Of a stretch of DNA of 64,000 bases, positions 1-14,641 are shown one piece after another (within the stretch, counting starts at the first letter, position 1; each line of letters begins with the position of its first letter). The notes below the pieces were generated by a model. It made no database searches. It worked only from the letters and a program-made list of their open reading frames with translations, and was not told the origin of the DNA. Source of the DNA: Lama guanicoe (taxonomy: Eukaryota); contig MU053994.1 of assembly GCA_013239625.1 (NCBI GenBank), positions 3,291,589 through 3,355,588 of the forward strand, given 5' to 3'. Position numbers and translations under genes: made by a program.

Positions 1-1700
1 TTTATTTTTACTCTATTTTCTCTCCTATTATCTTATTAGCTATAACTGTTTTGTTTTAGTGGTTGCTTTAGGGTTTACAGTGTACGTCTTTAACCTATCA
101 CAGTCTACCTCCAAGTGACATTATATCATGTCACATATAGTATAAGAACTTTATAAGAGTATACTTCCACTTCCTTCTGACTTTTGTGCTACTGTTGTCA
201 AACACTTTACTCTTATATGTTAAAACCCCCCAAACACATTGCTACAATTTTTGTTTAGACTTCCGTTTATCTTTTAAAGAGATTTAAATGATAAGGATGT
301 CCTTTAACATTTCTTATACTGCAAGTCTACTGAATTCTTTCAGCTTTGGTATGTCCGAAAACGTTTTTATTTTGCCTTTATTTTTTGATAGATACTTCTG
401 CTGGGTTTAGAATTCTAAGTTGAGAGGTTTTTTTTTTTAATTTCAGTACTTTAAAGACATTGTTTTTCTTAACTGTACTGTTTCTGATAAGAAGTCTGAT
501 ACCATCCTTATCTTCGTTGCCCTGTATGTAACATTTCTTTTTTCAATCTGTTTTTAAGATCTTCAGTTTATCACAGGTTCTAAGCAGTTTCATCACAATG
601 TACCTTGGTATTGTTTTCTTCTTGTTTCTTGTGCTTGGAGTTCATTATGGTTCTTGCAGCTGCAGATTTATAGCTTTTGTCAAGTTTGGACTGTTTTCAG
701 CTATTATTTCTTCATATATATTTTCTATCTCTTTTCCACACTCTTCTTCTTCATAGACTCCAATTAATCATATATTAGGCTGCTTAAAGCTGTCCCACAA
801 CTCAGTGATATTCTTCTCATTTTTTAAAATTCTTTTCTTTCTGTGTCTTGTTTTGGATAGTTTTTATGTCTTCGTGTTCACTAATGTATTCTTCTGAAAT
901 GTTTGACCTGCCATTAATCCCACAGTGCAGTTTTTTGGCTAATTCTAGTATCTTTGTCAGTTCTGTGTCAGTTTTGATTATTCTCCACATTACAGGTCAC
1001 ATTTCACATTCCTCCTGCCTCTTTACATGCCTAGTAATGTCTGAGGAGATGCCAGACATTGTGAATTTTATCTTATTGCATGCTAGATTTTTTTTTATTC
1101 CTATGTTCTTAAGCTTTGTCCTAGGATGTAGTTCAGTTACTTGGAAATAAGTTTGATCCTTTGGGCCTTGCTTTCATGATTTATCAAGGCAGGTCTGGAG
1201 CAATTCTCTGTCTAGGGCTAAGTGTTCCTCATTACTGAGGCAAGACCTTCCTGAGCAGTGTACACAACGTCCCGTGAGCTGGTTTTTCTAGTCTGCCTAG
1301 TGGGAACAGACAGTGAGTGTTGGGCACTGCTCTCTCTAATCTTTTTGGTCTTTCCTTGGCTCCAGATAGGTTACTCTCATAAATGTGCTGATCATTATTC
1401 ACATGAATACTTGAGGGGGGCCCTCTATAGATCTCTGGGGTTCTCTGTGCAGCTCTCTCCTCTTTAGTACTCTGTCCTATGAACTTTAGTTGCTTTGGTC
1501 TCCCCAGACTCTCAGCTCCGTCTCCGTAATTCAAGGAGTCTGTGTGCTTTGCCTTAGTTCCCTCTCACTGTGCCGTGGCCTGGAAACTCTCATGTCAGTA
1601 AGGTGGGGCAATCACAGGGCTTGCCTTGTTTGCTTCCTGTCTCTTACGGGTCACTGTCATTTGCTGCCTGATGTCCAATGTCTTGAAAACTGTTCTTTCA
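1..1700 (-). mobile_element. Old degenerate L1 (L1M-type) fragment
   Basis: T-rich plus strand with antisense L1-like text throughout; no intact ORF; boundaries approximate. Confidence 0.65.

Positions 1701-1702
<2 letters not shown>

Positions 1703-1752
<50 letters not shown>
1703..1752. repeat. Compound microsatellite (TG)19(AG)6
   Basis: Read directly. Confidence 0.95.
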
Positions 1753-4049
1753 TTAAAAATTTTTCTGTGGAATAGATTACTTTTTGTTTTCTAATTATTC
1801 ACCATTCTAAGACAAGCTTTCAAAAACATATTTTTACACTAGACCTGGTTGATTCCAAGAATCACACAGGGACATTTTAAATAATATTGACTTTTAAACT
1901 CAGTCTTTGGATTCAGATTCAGGAAGTCTGGGAATGGAGCCCAGATCTGTATTTTTAACAAGCTCCCTTCGTGAAAACTGGTCTTAAATTTGGCAAGATT
2001 AGGGGCAGGGGGACTCTTACTTTCTTTACTGGAAAATAACATTCTGTTAGAAAGTTTCATGAAAATCTTTGAGACTTTATAATCTAGACCCTGTCTGAAT
2101 TTGTACAATTCTGCAAAACATAATTTTGCATGATTCCTATTTTGTGGTTCTTAGAAGTGGTAGGTAATGTAAAAAAACTGGTTTACCAAGTGTTTCTAGT
2201 CCCAGTATTCAACTGTGATGTTCAAGTTTCATGTTCAGCTTGTACATTCAATCAGCATGTATGGTTACCAAGAGAGGTGTTCCTGGGAAAATGTTGTAAA
2301 TTACTGTGTTCTAATTCTAATTATGAAATTAGTTCTCTAATTTTATAAGAGAAATGATAGTATGATGGGGGTTCCATCCTTGAAATTAATAAATTAATGT
2401 ATTCATTCAACCAATATTACTGTGAACCTGTTACCTGGCAAACACTCTGCTAGGTACAGTAGTCAACAAGACAGACAAGGTCTCTCATGGCTAGAGAAAG
2501 CTCACCTGAAACCTACTGGAGTTGATATTTATTATTTTGTCTGCTTCAAACATTGATCTGCAGAGAGGAATTGACTCATGTTTCCTCTCTTCTCAAGCTC
2601 TCAATTCTAGGGAAAGGACTGGCCTAGCTTGGGTTGGGTACCTACTCCTGATCCTATCCCAGCTTGGGGTAAACTCCTGGCCTTTCCTTGTTTACATAAG
2701 CCTTTCCTCTATTGCCTAAGCTATTTTAAGTTTGGTATTTATCACTTGCAACTAAAGGAGTGACAATCAATAGAGAAAAATTATAAGTAAGATGCTAGAA
2801 ATGGTAAAACAAGGGTGTAATGGGAGTACATCACCCTTGGGGTATGGACTGAGCATAGCTGGATAAGTTGTAGAAGGTCCAAAAAGCACAAGAGATCATA
2901 CAGGTATACCCTGCGTGGTAATATAATGCTTTTAATAGGACAAATAAGCAAGCAAATGAAGCTATATAAAATGTAATAGAGAACTATATTATTGAAAATA
3001 TGTATTTCCCATGAAGTAATTCCTGCTTTTATGGCAACCAGTTAAAAGAAGAAGAAATACACACCTTCACTAGGATCACAGAAGACAGAGAAGAGAGAAG
3101 GGCTTCTTTAAGACGACTTTTAGGGAAGACTATGAACTTTAGGTCATTTTGGGCTTTCTGAAAAATCTAACTCAGGCAGGCACTTCTACGTTTTTACTCA
3201 GTCTACATTTCTATGTGATTGGCCTTCATACAGAAGATCAAGCAACTGTCACTGGGCTGCTTCAGAACATTATGATCACAAGACACTTTTGGGTCTCCTT
3301 CTTGTGACCCCTTCCACTTTCCGGTCTGCTCTGCTTGGCTGAACATCATCCCTTCTCCTGCTTCTAACACAGCCTTCTCTCCTCTAAAGCTTTGTCGTAA
3401 CTGTACCTGTGAGACGAACCGTGCGTAAGTGCACGTGTACTTGTTTAATGTCGGTAGCCTGTGGAAGAGAGCTCCAGAAAGGGAGCATGTCTTACTTGCC
3501 ACTACGTCCCTGGTATACAGTGATCTGCACATAGCAGGCACTTAACAAACATTTGCTAAATGAGTGAGTGAATACATAAAATGAATGAGTGGACTATCAG
3601 ACTTTCAGAGCCGGGTGGGCTCTTGGGGATCATGTCGTAAAGTATGCTTTTGGTAACAGTTGCTAAGCAAAGTACGAGCAAACTGAGGCCCACGGACATG
3701 AAGTGATTTGCCTCAGGCACCGACAAGCTGCTACTGCTCGTGCTCTTAACCCAAAGAGTTGGCAGAAGTGCACTGGAGGGAGGAGGTCATTTGCATGTCC
3801 CCTGCCTGCTGTAAGTGCTGGGATAATACAGTACAGCTGGCACAGTAAGAATTACAACCTCAATGTCCAGAGTTGAGGACTTTCCGGAAATCACAGTCAT
3901 AGGATCAATGGTCTGTAACTCTTCCTTTAATTTGGAAAGCAACTGGGCAACTTTCTAAAGTAATTTGTTTTTCTATTTCCCAATATCCCTTTTCCATGCT
4001 CTGAGGAAAAGATACGAATGCATAAATTTGAATGTTTTCTTTCTCCCTA

Positions 4050-4620
4050 CAGTGTCTCAGTGGGTAGCATCATTGTCCAACTGGTTGTGAAAACCTAAAG
4101 CTTAGGGTCATCCTCAATACTTGCTTCTCCCTCAGTCCTCATTGTCAACTCATTATCAAGGTCTGTGAAATTACTCTTTTGTTAAATCTATTCATTTTTT
4201 TCCCATTGGACAACCATCCCTCCAGTTCAGTGCCATCATCTCTCCCCTGCATTACTGCAGTAACAATCTCTTACCTGGTCTCCCTCTATCCACTCTTGTC
4301 CCCCTCTAATCCACTCTCCAGAGTAGTTATTTCTAAGATGAAAATCTGATCTTTTCTCCCTGCTTAAAATTCTTCAATAGCCTCCCACTGTTTTTAAGAT
4401 AAAAAACGGAATCAACACTTGTCTGGTCCTGTTCCTGCCATTCACCTTGTTTCCTACAGTCCAGTTCTGGTGCCTTCTTTCCATTTCAAACCTACGCTAA
4501 GAGCCTTTTCACTAGCAGGTTTCTGCATATGCTACTTGGTTTGTCTGGATGTTCTCCACTCCCCTTCTCCCCTCTGTTCAGTTAACAGCAGGGAGCCTTT
4601 CCTTGATCTTCCCAGTCTAT
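4050..4620 (+). mobile_element. L2 fragment
   Basis: Pyrimidine-rich L2-like text (tgccatcatctctccc...ctctaatccactctcca...cctgcttaaaattcttcaat); approximate. Confidence 0.55.
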
Positions 4621-5180
4621 GAGAATTGTATGAGAATGAGGGAGGGTTCAGCCTCGATTGTACACCAACGCTACTCCTATGTGCTGAGAAAATGAATTCA
4701 CATTAAATAGGTAGATGTGAATGGAAGGAATTATATTTTAGCAATGTTACTCAGGTCTTTAAATACCTTCCAAATTAGTTTTCCTCTAATTTTGTTGAAG
4801 GAAAAAGATCTGGAAACCACCAGACTTATACAAGGAACTTCAGATATTCATTTTTTCAACATCAATTCCAATAGTTTAAGTTGTCCCTTTCTTCGCTGCT
4901 CCAGAGGTTGTTACACGCTACTGTAATGTACCAGGTGTGTCTATTTTTTTGTTGTTGAAGAGCAATTAGGAAAGGAGAGGTGGGAAGGAGAATCAACATG
5001 CCTTAGGCAGGGTGTCAGGCAGAACAATTTTAGGTAAAGGTAGGGGTGGTGGGGGATGGCGGTGGCCCTGAAATGAGGATCTGGAAACGGATTTCTTTCA
5101 AACTACCCATGCCCTCCTTCCCTCCCCACCTCCTATAGTATAGGTTGAAGGTAGCTGCTCTAATTCATGCTGGGATTTTA

Positions 5181-5429
<249 letters not shown>

Positions 5430-8045
5430 TTAATAATGGTACCATTCCAGCACTGTGTAAATATATATAAAGTCATTCTTTGCTTCTCAAAGGCATCTCT
5501 CATTTAAAGAAAACTCAAAGCACATTACACCTAGATACAGCCATACCATAAATTTTTTGTGACAATCATGACAGATGGATTTTTTTTAAATGAAGGAACA
5601 AATGAAAGAATGAGTGAGCGTATCAACGAATGAATGTGTTTTGTTAATTATCTGGGTTAGAGGTGTTGTCTGATGCTATGAAAAAGTGCCCAAATAACTT
5701 GTTCAAAGAAAGGCCAACATAATGCAATCTCAAATAATTTAGCAGAAAGAATCATCTGTACATAGAGGTGGCAAAGTTGTGCTGGGGCTTAAAACAGAAA
5801 CAAAATTTAAAAAGAAATAGTGCAATAATTGGTGTGTTGAGCAAATTATCTTTCATCAGTGGTATTAACAATAACTCCTTTATACAAAGCAGAGGATAAT
5901 TTTAACATATGACTTAGTAAAAGAAACAAAAACACAAACTAGTGTACCTGAAGAAATGTAATTTTCCCAAAATATCACATGATGTGAAGCTCAAAATCTA
6001 GACCTACTTATGTTTTTGTTTGCTTCTACTTTTTGGAACACTTGCCTAAATAAAAAATAAGTTAACAATTATTACTATGACTTCTTTTTGCAAAGCCCAT
6101 TAACAAAGAAAAAGTGGTTTCTTTCTATTGATATCTCCCTATGTCATCTTGGTGAAACTGGGTAATAAATATCCTGTTTCTCCTAAAAGAGGCTTACTGT
6201 ACTTTTCCTGCCATTATAAGAAAGTTTTTCATAAGCATGAATATTTGAATATTTCTACTTCAAAGAGAATTTTACAGCTGAGTACCAGTATGTTTGGTGC
6301 TTTCCACAGATTATGTTTTTTTTGTGTGCTAACTATAAATTCAGTTCTATTGTAATCTGTGATCTGTGTGGCAATGAAATATCTGGAGATAATGAAACAT
6401 AATTAAAACTGCCTTAAAGGCATAAGCTTTTAGCATCTCAAATTAAGTTAGTCAATTAAAAAGTTTACCAAAGTCATGACTTGGCTATTTGCATTTTAAA
6501 GGTATGCATATGAGGTAAAAATAAAGTAAAAATGTGGTCAAATCATGAAGAAGACTATGTTTATAGAGCATATGCTTGGAGCAACATATGTACTTGAATT
6601 TCTAAACGAAACGGCAGATGTTCCCAAGATGTAAGAGGGCTGGGCTGATCCGGGGTCTGGGTCAGGGCACCGAGGGGCACTAAGCAGCGCAGCTTGAAAG
6701 CAGGGCTCCGCAATGACCCTGGCTTCCTGACCGGTGCCCTGCCTGCACCGGTACCCCAGGTCCAAGGGTGTTGGTTGTGCTATTGGGGAAATCCCTCTTT
6801 TCCCGGTTTAATTGTGGCCACTCAAGAGAGGAAGATTTAGGGCAGAAAGCAAAAATCAGTAACAGACAAACTGAAAAACTTCATCTGTTAAAATTACATT
6901 CATTGTATTAATTACAGATGTATCTTTTATAAACAGTGCATTTTTAAAAAACACGCTTTGTATGACTGCAGGATGTCATACAACCAGGCACAAAGAGAAC
7001 CAAGCTTCATCAGGATAATGGCAGTTACATGGGTTGGAGAAAGTGTTTATACTGCTTTTTGCAAATGATTTCTACCCATCCTTTTAAATTATATAAGCCA
7101 ACACTTGTATTTAATGTATTATATGTAAGGAAGGATAAGCCCACAGTCACAAAATAATACCAAAATTGAACTTTAAGAGAGAAATCCTTAAATTATGTCA
7201 CCAAATGAGGTCATACTTGATATTAACCACTATCTGCCACTGTAGAAGGCTGCTACACAAAATGAAACTTAATCTAATGCATATGCAAACAGAAAAAAAG
7301 GGGCCACTTACAGACTGCTAAAAAAAGTCATTAAAAAAGAGAATGTCAAATAAAAAATAGGGAAATCAGAGTTTGAATATTTTTCAAGTATGTTATGACA
7401 TGATTGAGCAATTGTTACTAAGCTGAAACAGTTATTTTTAATTATATAAGAATCATATAATAGGAAAAAACACTTTTTTGTACTATAATAAGGACATGGA
7501 CAAGATAAGTAACAACTTCAGACTAGAGTGGAAAAATTCATTAAAAATTTATAGGAAAAAATATGAATTTTAGATTTGAAAGTAGTTCCCCTAGCTTCTT
7601 AATTACAAATCATAAAATTTACCACTTAATAATGAAACCATATCAGCCTAAGGTGATTTTACATCATCTTTTTTTTTGAAATTAGGATATAAATTTCCTT
7701 TTAAAATTTCCTGTTCTAGATCCTATTTTTCAAAGGAAAAAATGAAAGCATTGACTTTCTATTCTATTAGTATTGTTTTTATCTTCAATGTTTTATATTT
7801 TACAAGTGCAACTATCTGTTCTTTTAAAAAAATAAGTCTTTCAAAGGGAATAACTGAAAAAGGGTAGTGTGATAGTATTTTTTATCATGATCTCTAAAGA
7901 TAGATTACAGATTTAAGAAAATCATTTAAATCTATACTTTTTACTCTTCTTTTAGTTACTGGAAGTATTTATAAGTATCTGTATTTTTAAGTGTAAGCAA
8001 TCTGATATTAAACCCTCATGTTTTAATGATCAGAAAGCAAAGAAA

Positions 8046-8678
8046 CCAGGAATCCCACTCCTGGGCTTGTATCCAGAAGGAAATCTACTTCAGGATGACA
8101 CCTGCACTCCAATGTTCATAGCAGCACTATTTACAATAGCCAAAACATGGAAACAGCCTAAATGTCCATCAATAGGTGACTGGATAAAGAAGATGTGGTA
8201 TATTTATACAATGGAATACTACTCAGCCATAAAAACCGACAACATAACGCCATTTGCAGCAACATGGATGCTCCTAGAGAATGTCATTCTAAGTGAAGTA
8301 AGCCAGAAAGAGAAAGAAAAATACCATATGAGATCGCTCATATGTGGAATCTAAAAAACAAAAACAAACAAACAAACAAAAACAAAGCATAAATACAGGA
8401 CAGAAATAGACTCATGGACAGAGAATACAGACTTGTGGTTACCAGGGGGGTAGAGGGTGGGAAGGGATAGACTGGGATTTCAAAATTGTAGAATAGATAA
8501 ACAAGATTACACTGTATAGCACAGGGAAATATACACAAAATGTTATGATAAATCACAGAGAAAAAAATGTGACAATGAGTGTGTATATGTCCATGAATGA
8601 CTGAAAAATTGTGCTGAACACTGGAATTTGACACAACACTGTAAAATGATTATGAATCAATAAAAAATGTAAAAAAAA
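8046..8678 (+). mobile_element. Young 5'-truncated L1 (ORF2 C-terminus, 3'UTR, polyA)
   Basis: Peptide CTPMFIAALFTIAKTWKQPKCPS...YHMRSLICGI; AATAAA and A tail; 12-bp TSD aaagcaaagaaa at 8034-8045 and 8679-8690. Confidence 0.95.
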
Positions 8679-9199
8679 AAAGCAAAGAAAAAGCCAGATA
8701 ATTGAACAAATAAGTGTGAAGTTATAAATATGCTAATAATAACTTCTAAATCTTGGTATAATAAAAATATAAGCATTACAATATTTCCCTTTAACAATTA
8801 ATAATTGTTTTTTTAAAATACCAAGATTTTAAAACCATGATCTTAAAATGCTTGTAAGATAGAAAGCTCCAGCATTTAAGTTTATCTAACATAGTATATA
8901 TAGCTCGGAATATTTCCCACGTGGAACATTATCCAAACATATGTTTATTTGGGAATAACTAATGAGTTCAAGTTAAGTTTATGGGAAAATCAATCCTCAT
9001 TACAAGTCAACCCACTTTTAAGAGCATGGGCTTTGGAGCCGGCAAGATCTGGGTTTTAAATCTCAGTGAGGCCACTTAGTAGGTCAGTGACCTCAAGCAA
9101 GCCTCTTTGCCTTTCTTGGGTGTAGTTTTCTCTCTGAACTGTAAGATGGAGTTAACCACATCACCTCACATCCCAACCACCAGCAGGTCCTGTCATGTC

Positions 9200-10020
9200 C
9201 AACCATCTCCAATGCAGAACCCCAGCCTGCTCATTCTCCACCAGCCCTGTCCTTCCCCAAGCCTCTACCACCTTGCAACAGCCTCCTAATTGGTCCCCCT
9301 CTTTTCACTCTTACTCCCACTATAGTCCATTCCCTACACAACAGCCCCAGGAATCTCTAAAGCACAGTTCTAATAATACTTTCTTGCTTGTAATCGCTCA
9401 GTGTCATCCAGGAGAAAATCAGACTCCATACTGTGGAAGGCCCTACGTGGTCTGGCCTCTACCACTGTCTCCCAGCAATTCTTGTACTGCTCTCTCCCTT
9501 GTTTACTGTATCCCAGCCACGGTGGCCTTTCTTCTGTACTCTGACCCTACAAAACTCCTTCCTGCCTCTGGGCCTTTGCATTTGCCCTTCCCCATGCTTG
9601 GACATTCAGTAGGCTGGTTCTTTCACATAACAAGTCAGCCCACATATTAATTCCTCAGAGGACCTTTCCTGACTATCTAAAGTAGCTCCCACTTTCCTAT
9701 CATCCCTGCCGCATTATCTTTTTTTTTTTAATGGAAATACTGGGGATTGAACCCAGGACCTCATGCATGCTAAGCACGCGCTCTACCACTGAGCTACATA
9801 CGCTCTTCCCGTCTTTTTTTTTTTTTTAATAGTTATTATTACTATATGAAGTTACCTTGTTTTGTTTACTTGCTCATTGTCTCTAGCTCACCTACCCATG
9901 CCCCTTCTAGAATGGAAGTTCCATGAGGGCAGGGACCTTGTTTGTCCTATTCACCATTATCCTTAGTGCCCAGCACAGTGCCTGGCACAAAGTAAGCATT
10001 TACATATTTGGTGAATGTAT
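9200..10020 (+). mobile_element. L2 3' fragment interrupted by a SINE
   Basis: L2 3'-end text: ttccatgagggcagggacc...cccagcacagtgcctggcaca...tgaatg; approximate. Confidence 0.7.
9720..9810 (-). mobile_element. Short tRNA-derived SINE (camelid-type)
   Basis: Reverse strand has A-box TAGCTCAGTGGTAGAGC, B-box GGGTTCAATCCC and an A tail. Confidence 0.85.
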
Positions 10021-12166
10021 GAAAATGTCTTTTAAGTACCTAGCTGGGTGTTCATAAATAATAAGAACTATTTGTTATTTCTGAAAATGTTTACTAATAG
10101 CAATGCACACATCAATTTCCCTCTGATGTTGGAAAAGCAAAATAAACCAAGGCTTTGAAGGCAGGTAAGTTGTGAGACATGCAGTGATCTGAGCTTTAAT
10201 GGTTTTGAAAAGAATCTTAACCTTAAAAAAGGATTTTATTTGGGTATGTGTTAATTTCTTTATGCAGCTTACTTCCAATCTGAAAGACCGATTGGTCTTA
10301 AAAGGTCCAACATCCTTCTTGGAATTGATCTATGGTTACTTATCAATTTATAGACAGGCATGTCTGTCCAAAATATACAGGTTTCTATCTACAGAAAACC
10401 GCACAGAATAGTCCGTTGAGGTGAGGCTTACCTATCTTCAAATGGGCAAGTTCCTAATCTATTCAATGTTTTGCTGAGAATTTACTATGTGTCCTACACA
10501 TGACGGACCCTCTGGAATAACTGATAATATTCATTGGCTAACATTTATTAGGCAACAAGCGTGTATCAGGCACTGTGCTGAGCACGGTAGATGCGTCATC
10601 TACTTAATTCTTATTTCAACTCCATGAGGTTGGCTAAGAGAATCAGAATCACAGAGCTAGGGCAGCAAGGCTGGAGTTGAATCCCAGGTCCATCTGAATC
10701 CACAGCTTTAACCACGTTTACACTATATAAGACATGATGTCTACAGGGGACTTAATTGTAATCTGGGGAAACGTGGCCTACACATATGAAACAACCAGGG
10801 AACAAGATAGTATTAAAGGTAATTAACTCCGGGTACTTGTGATTTCTCAAACTTGAGGATACTACTAAGACATGGAGTTTCTTCATTTTCCTGGTCTGTG
10901 AAACAGGAATAATAACAACGATTAAATGAGAGCAGAAGTTCAGTAAGAACAACAAAGCCGAGCCGAGCTGTGCCCATTCACTGGTGAAGGGACCTGCTCC
11001 GGCAGGCCAGCAAGTATTAGAATGATATGCCGGTGACTATAAACAAGTGCAGAAAGAGTTAAAGAAGTGTGGATTTTAGAGGCGTTAGGAGACATCTGGA
11101 CAGCACAGCTGGGCTTTGAGACGAGTCCTGTGTCGATACCCCTAAGTTGTACAAATGCACTCACCCACAGGCCAGAACCCGATTCCTACTGTAACTCACT
11201 GGAGAATGCTGCTGTCATGTGGAATCAAGTTAAATACTCTCAAGGATTACACTTGAGTTCAGCCTTTAGTGCTTGGGTGGGAGAGTTAGGGTGAGTATGG
11301 CTAATCGCTTCTTTCTAGGTAGGCACTTTGAGAAAAAAAATAATACTTCAACGACTGGGTTAAAATTTTAAAAACACTGCACCATAAAATACCATGTATG
11401 TGAAAACTCACAGGTAACTGATACGATACACCTATTATACTGCTACTGTTACTTAAAAATCATTACCTCAAGAGTAGTAATACGAATATAGCTTTGCATC
11501 AGATTTTCTCCCAAAGGGCAGTCACCTGAATTTTCCATTTTCCACGTATGTTCCACGTGTACTGATGTGGGTAACAATTTTAAAATGTTGTATTTGACAT
11601 GAATTTCCATCTGTAATCATGCTTTTGAACTGCAGTTGAGTAGAGAACTATGGACCTTCTTCTACAGAAAGGGATCTCATCTATTTTGAGTTCTGTTTAA
11701 CCATCTAGCTTTATACTAATCGGTTAAATACAGGTGGTACCCCCATTTTCCATATGGTAGAAATGAGTGAAGAGAGTGTAAGAGGTCTGCATTGAAAGGA
11801 GATGTAATTCTTCCAATATCACCTAGGTTCAGAAAATCATTAGTGAAAATTTTCTCCAATTTGAGCTCTCTGTGGTTTAAGTAACATAAACAGTTCCATT
11901 GACTAAAGAACTGTCCTATCAGGAAGCAAATCCCTTGTCTGATGACTACACAGTCCTTGAAGACCACTTTGCAAACAGCATCTTTACAATTGTGACACGA
12001 AGTGACACAAACAACAAAAACTTAGTGTATCTGGTATTACCCAGTATTGTAATCTTAACAGTCTGATATTACATGGCTAAAAGTATGTTTGATGAAGATG
12101 GTTGTATTTCATAAGGATTAGTAAAATCTTCTTCTGAAAGTGAGGTTTTATTTCTGTGGAAGTTTA

Positions 12167-12259
<93 letters not shown>

Positions 12260-14563
12260 CTAAAAAGTAAGCAAGATATGTAATAGTATAAACAAGATGC
12301 TAGCTTTAGAAAATAGAGAATTCTTTTAACTTCAAAATTATGAATGGATTTTTATGGCAGGCAAAACAATCATTTTGGAACAAAATGCATCATTTTATTC
12401 AAAGGTTATTAATATATAAAAGAACTACATTGGTGGTAATAAAAAAAAAAACAAATTGCTGTAACAGTCTCAGTCTTCATTACCCAACTATGACCCAAAA
12501 GATTATCGAAAAATACAAAACAAAATGACAAGTCTGTAATACATATTTATTACAGGTATAAGTAGCTTAATTAACTTAATAGGAAAATACTTAGGCAAAT
12601 GTTTTCCCAAACTCACCATCGAGATGAATCTGTAATAAAAGTTAATAACAGCTTTTTCTTATGTTAACAAAACTGTCAATCCCTTTCATAAAGATTAAAA
12701 TGACAAAGGCTCAAATAAAAACAATTTAAAGAAGAGAAACACTTAAGTAATTTTCCTTGCAGCCTGGCAGAATCAATGTTATTCTCCACACTTATCTCCT
12801 CACAAAGGGAAAACCACATCTCCGCCAGTGGTTCCTAGGATTAATTGCCAGGGAACCCAAGAGAATAATTAGGGAAAAAAAATTAGGAAAAAAACCCCAA
12901 TCAAAACCTTTTCTCTTTCTACTCACATTTTCTTCACTAATTAGTTGTTAACATTTTCTCTGTACAGGTTAAAATGGTTATTTTCAAATGAAATTGTTCT
13001 TCAAAAGTTATCCCTTACCACCAGGATGGCGTTTACCCATTTAAAATTTGATTATGTGACATGAGCCCAGGGGAAGGTCTCTGTTCCTTTTCAGAGTAAA
13101 CATACTACTGCAGTTCTAACTGTATATAGCTGGACTCAGTGTGGTCATGCACATTGCACTCAATTCTAAAAGACGAGCCAATTGAGGATTGCTTCGGCGA
13201 GACTAGATATCAGGGGCACACAAGTAATGTACCCAGTAGGAATCTCTTGCCTCGTCTTCAAGAATCTTAATACTGGGGCAGGAAGGGATGTATTGAGGTC
13301 ACTTAGCCTAAGGCTTAGATCTCACCTCCTCAAAAGAACAAACAAACAAAAACTATAGGGTTTCTTACTTATCTAAATGTACCCTTAAAAAGTGCTGATT
13401 ATGCTGTTAATTCATATTGTTTAAAGCTGACAGGCCAATTCTCCTTTGGTGTATTTTTTGCTTTGAGTTTCTCTACCAGTGAAACAAAGGATGAAATAAT
13501 ATACTCTCTCTGGTCCCCTGGTGGTCTCATAGCCTATGATTTTAAACACTGGGGTGTGGTTTCCTCATTCAGAGAGAACCTCTCTTGGCTGGTGCCCTGG
13601 CCACGTGGGCAGGCCTCCACAACCTCAGGCTTGCTTCTCAGTGAATGTATAATATTTTCCAGTATAGGTCTTGTGTTTAAAGTCTGGTAGGGAAGGAGTT
13701 ATGTCTTTCATACTCTTTCATTTAGTAATTTCACTTTATAAGACATTTTTTTCCCAGAGGGAAATGTTTATTTGTATAAACACTTTTGTTACATCAAAAA
13801 GTAAAAAGAAAAGAAAAAAACTACTAGGTGTCTAATACTGAAGGCATTGCTAATTCATTATAATTTAGTAACAGTGAAGAAAAATTATGCTATCATTGGA
13901 ACTTATTTATGAAGACTAAGTAAAAACATGGAAAAATGCTTATTAAATTATGTTAGGTTAAAAGAAAGAACCATTTTGATCATACCTACATAAAATTTAT
14001 ATGTAAGTAGCTAGCGATTAGAAAAGGACATGAAAAAGTGAAAATGATTGTGTTAAGGTGATGGGATTATAGATGACTTTTTATTTTCCAAACTTTCTGC
14101 AATGTCATGTTTCTATAATAAAAGAAGTTACGAGTCTGTGGAAGATGTATAGTAACTAGCAATTTATAAAAATGACTTCTCTCTGAACTTGATTACTATA
14201 AATATTTAGATACCTTCCAAACATTACCACCTTAAAAAAGCAACTCAAATTTTCATAGCACGTCTATTTTCACCAAGTTCGGTAAAATAACTTTTTCTTA
14301 AAAAAAAAAAGGAGAAGTAAAATCAATATGTTAACGTGTTCAAGTTTACACAGCAGAACCAGAACTAGAAATCTAGGTAATGCCTCGGCTGACACTTTTC
14401 TTTTCCCCTTTTCTGTATGCAAATGCTCAGTGAGAAGCTTAGAAATAGTAAATTTGAATATAATGGTCCAAGTGTGACTGCAAGGAAACTGCCTGTTACT
14501 GTGCAGCAGAAAATGTTTTCATTAAAGGCAGCAAATACGACATTTACAAAATATATCACTTAC

Positions 14564-14641
14564 CTCTTTGGCTCTCTGTACTGCATCACTCGGAGGATTC
14601 CTGATTTGCGGCGAAGACTTGGTGTTAATTTTGTCATACAG
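14564..14641 (-). CDS. CASK: CASK exon 13 (78 nt): [26 protein letters not shown]
   Basis: cctctag|CTGTATGAC...AAAGAG|gtaagt; phase 0/0. Confidence 0.96.

Noticed and set aside
8067..8354. 95-aa ORF as a gene
   Set aside because: It is the L1 ORF2 C-terminus in a truncated insertion
9195..9650. 151-aa ORF
   Set aside because: Lies within an L2 relic; no protein-like character
10425..10460. Minus-strand donor TAG|GTAAGC as a cryptic exon
   Set aside because: No credible polypyrimidine tract or acceptor nearby
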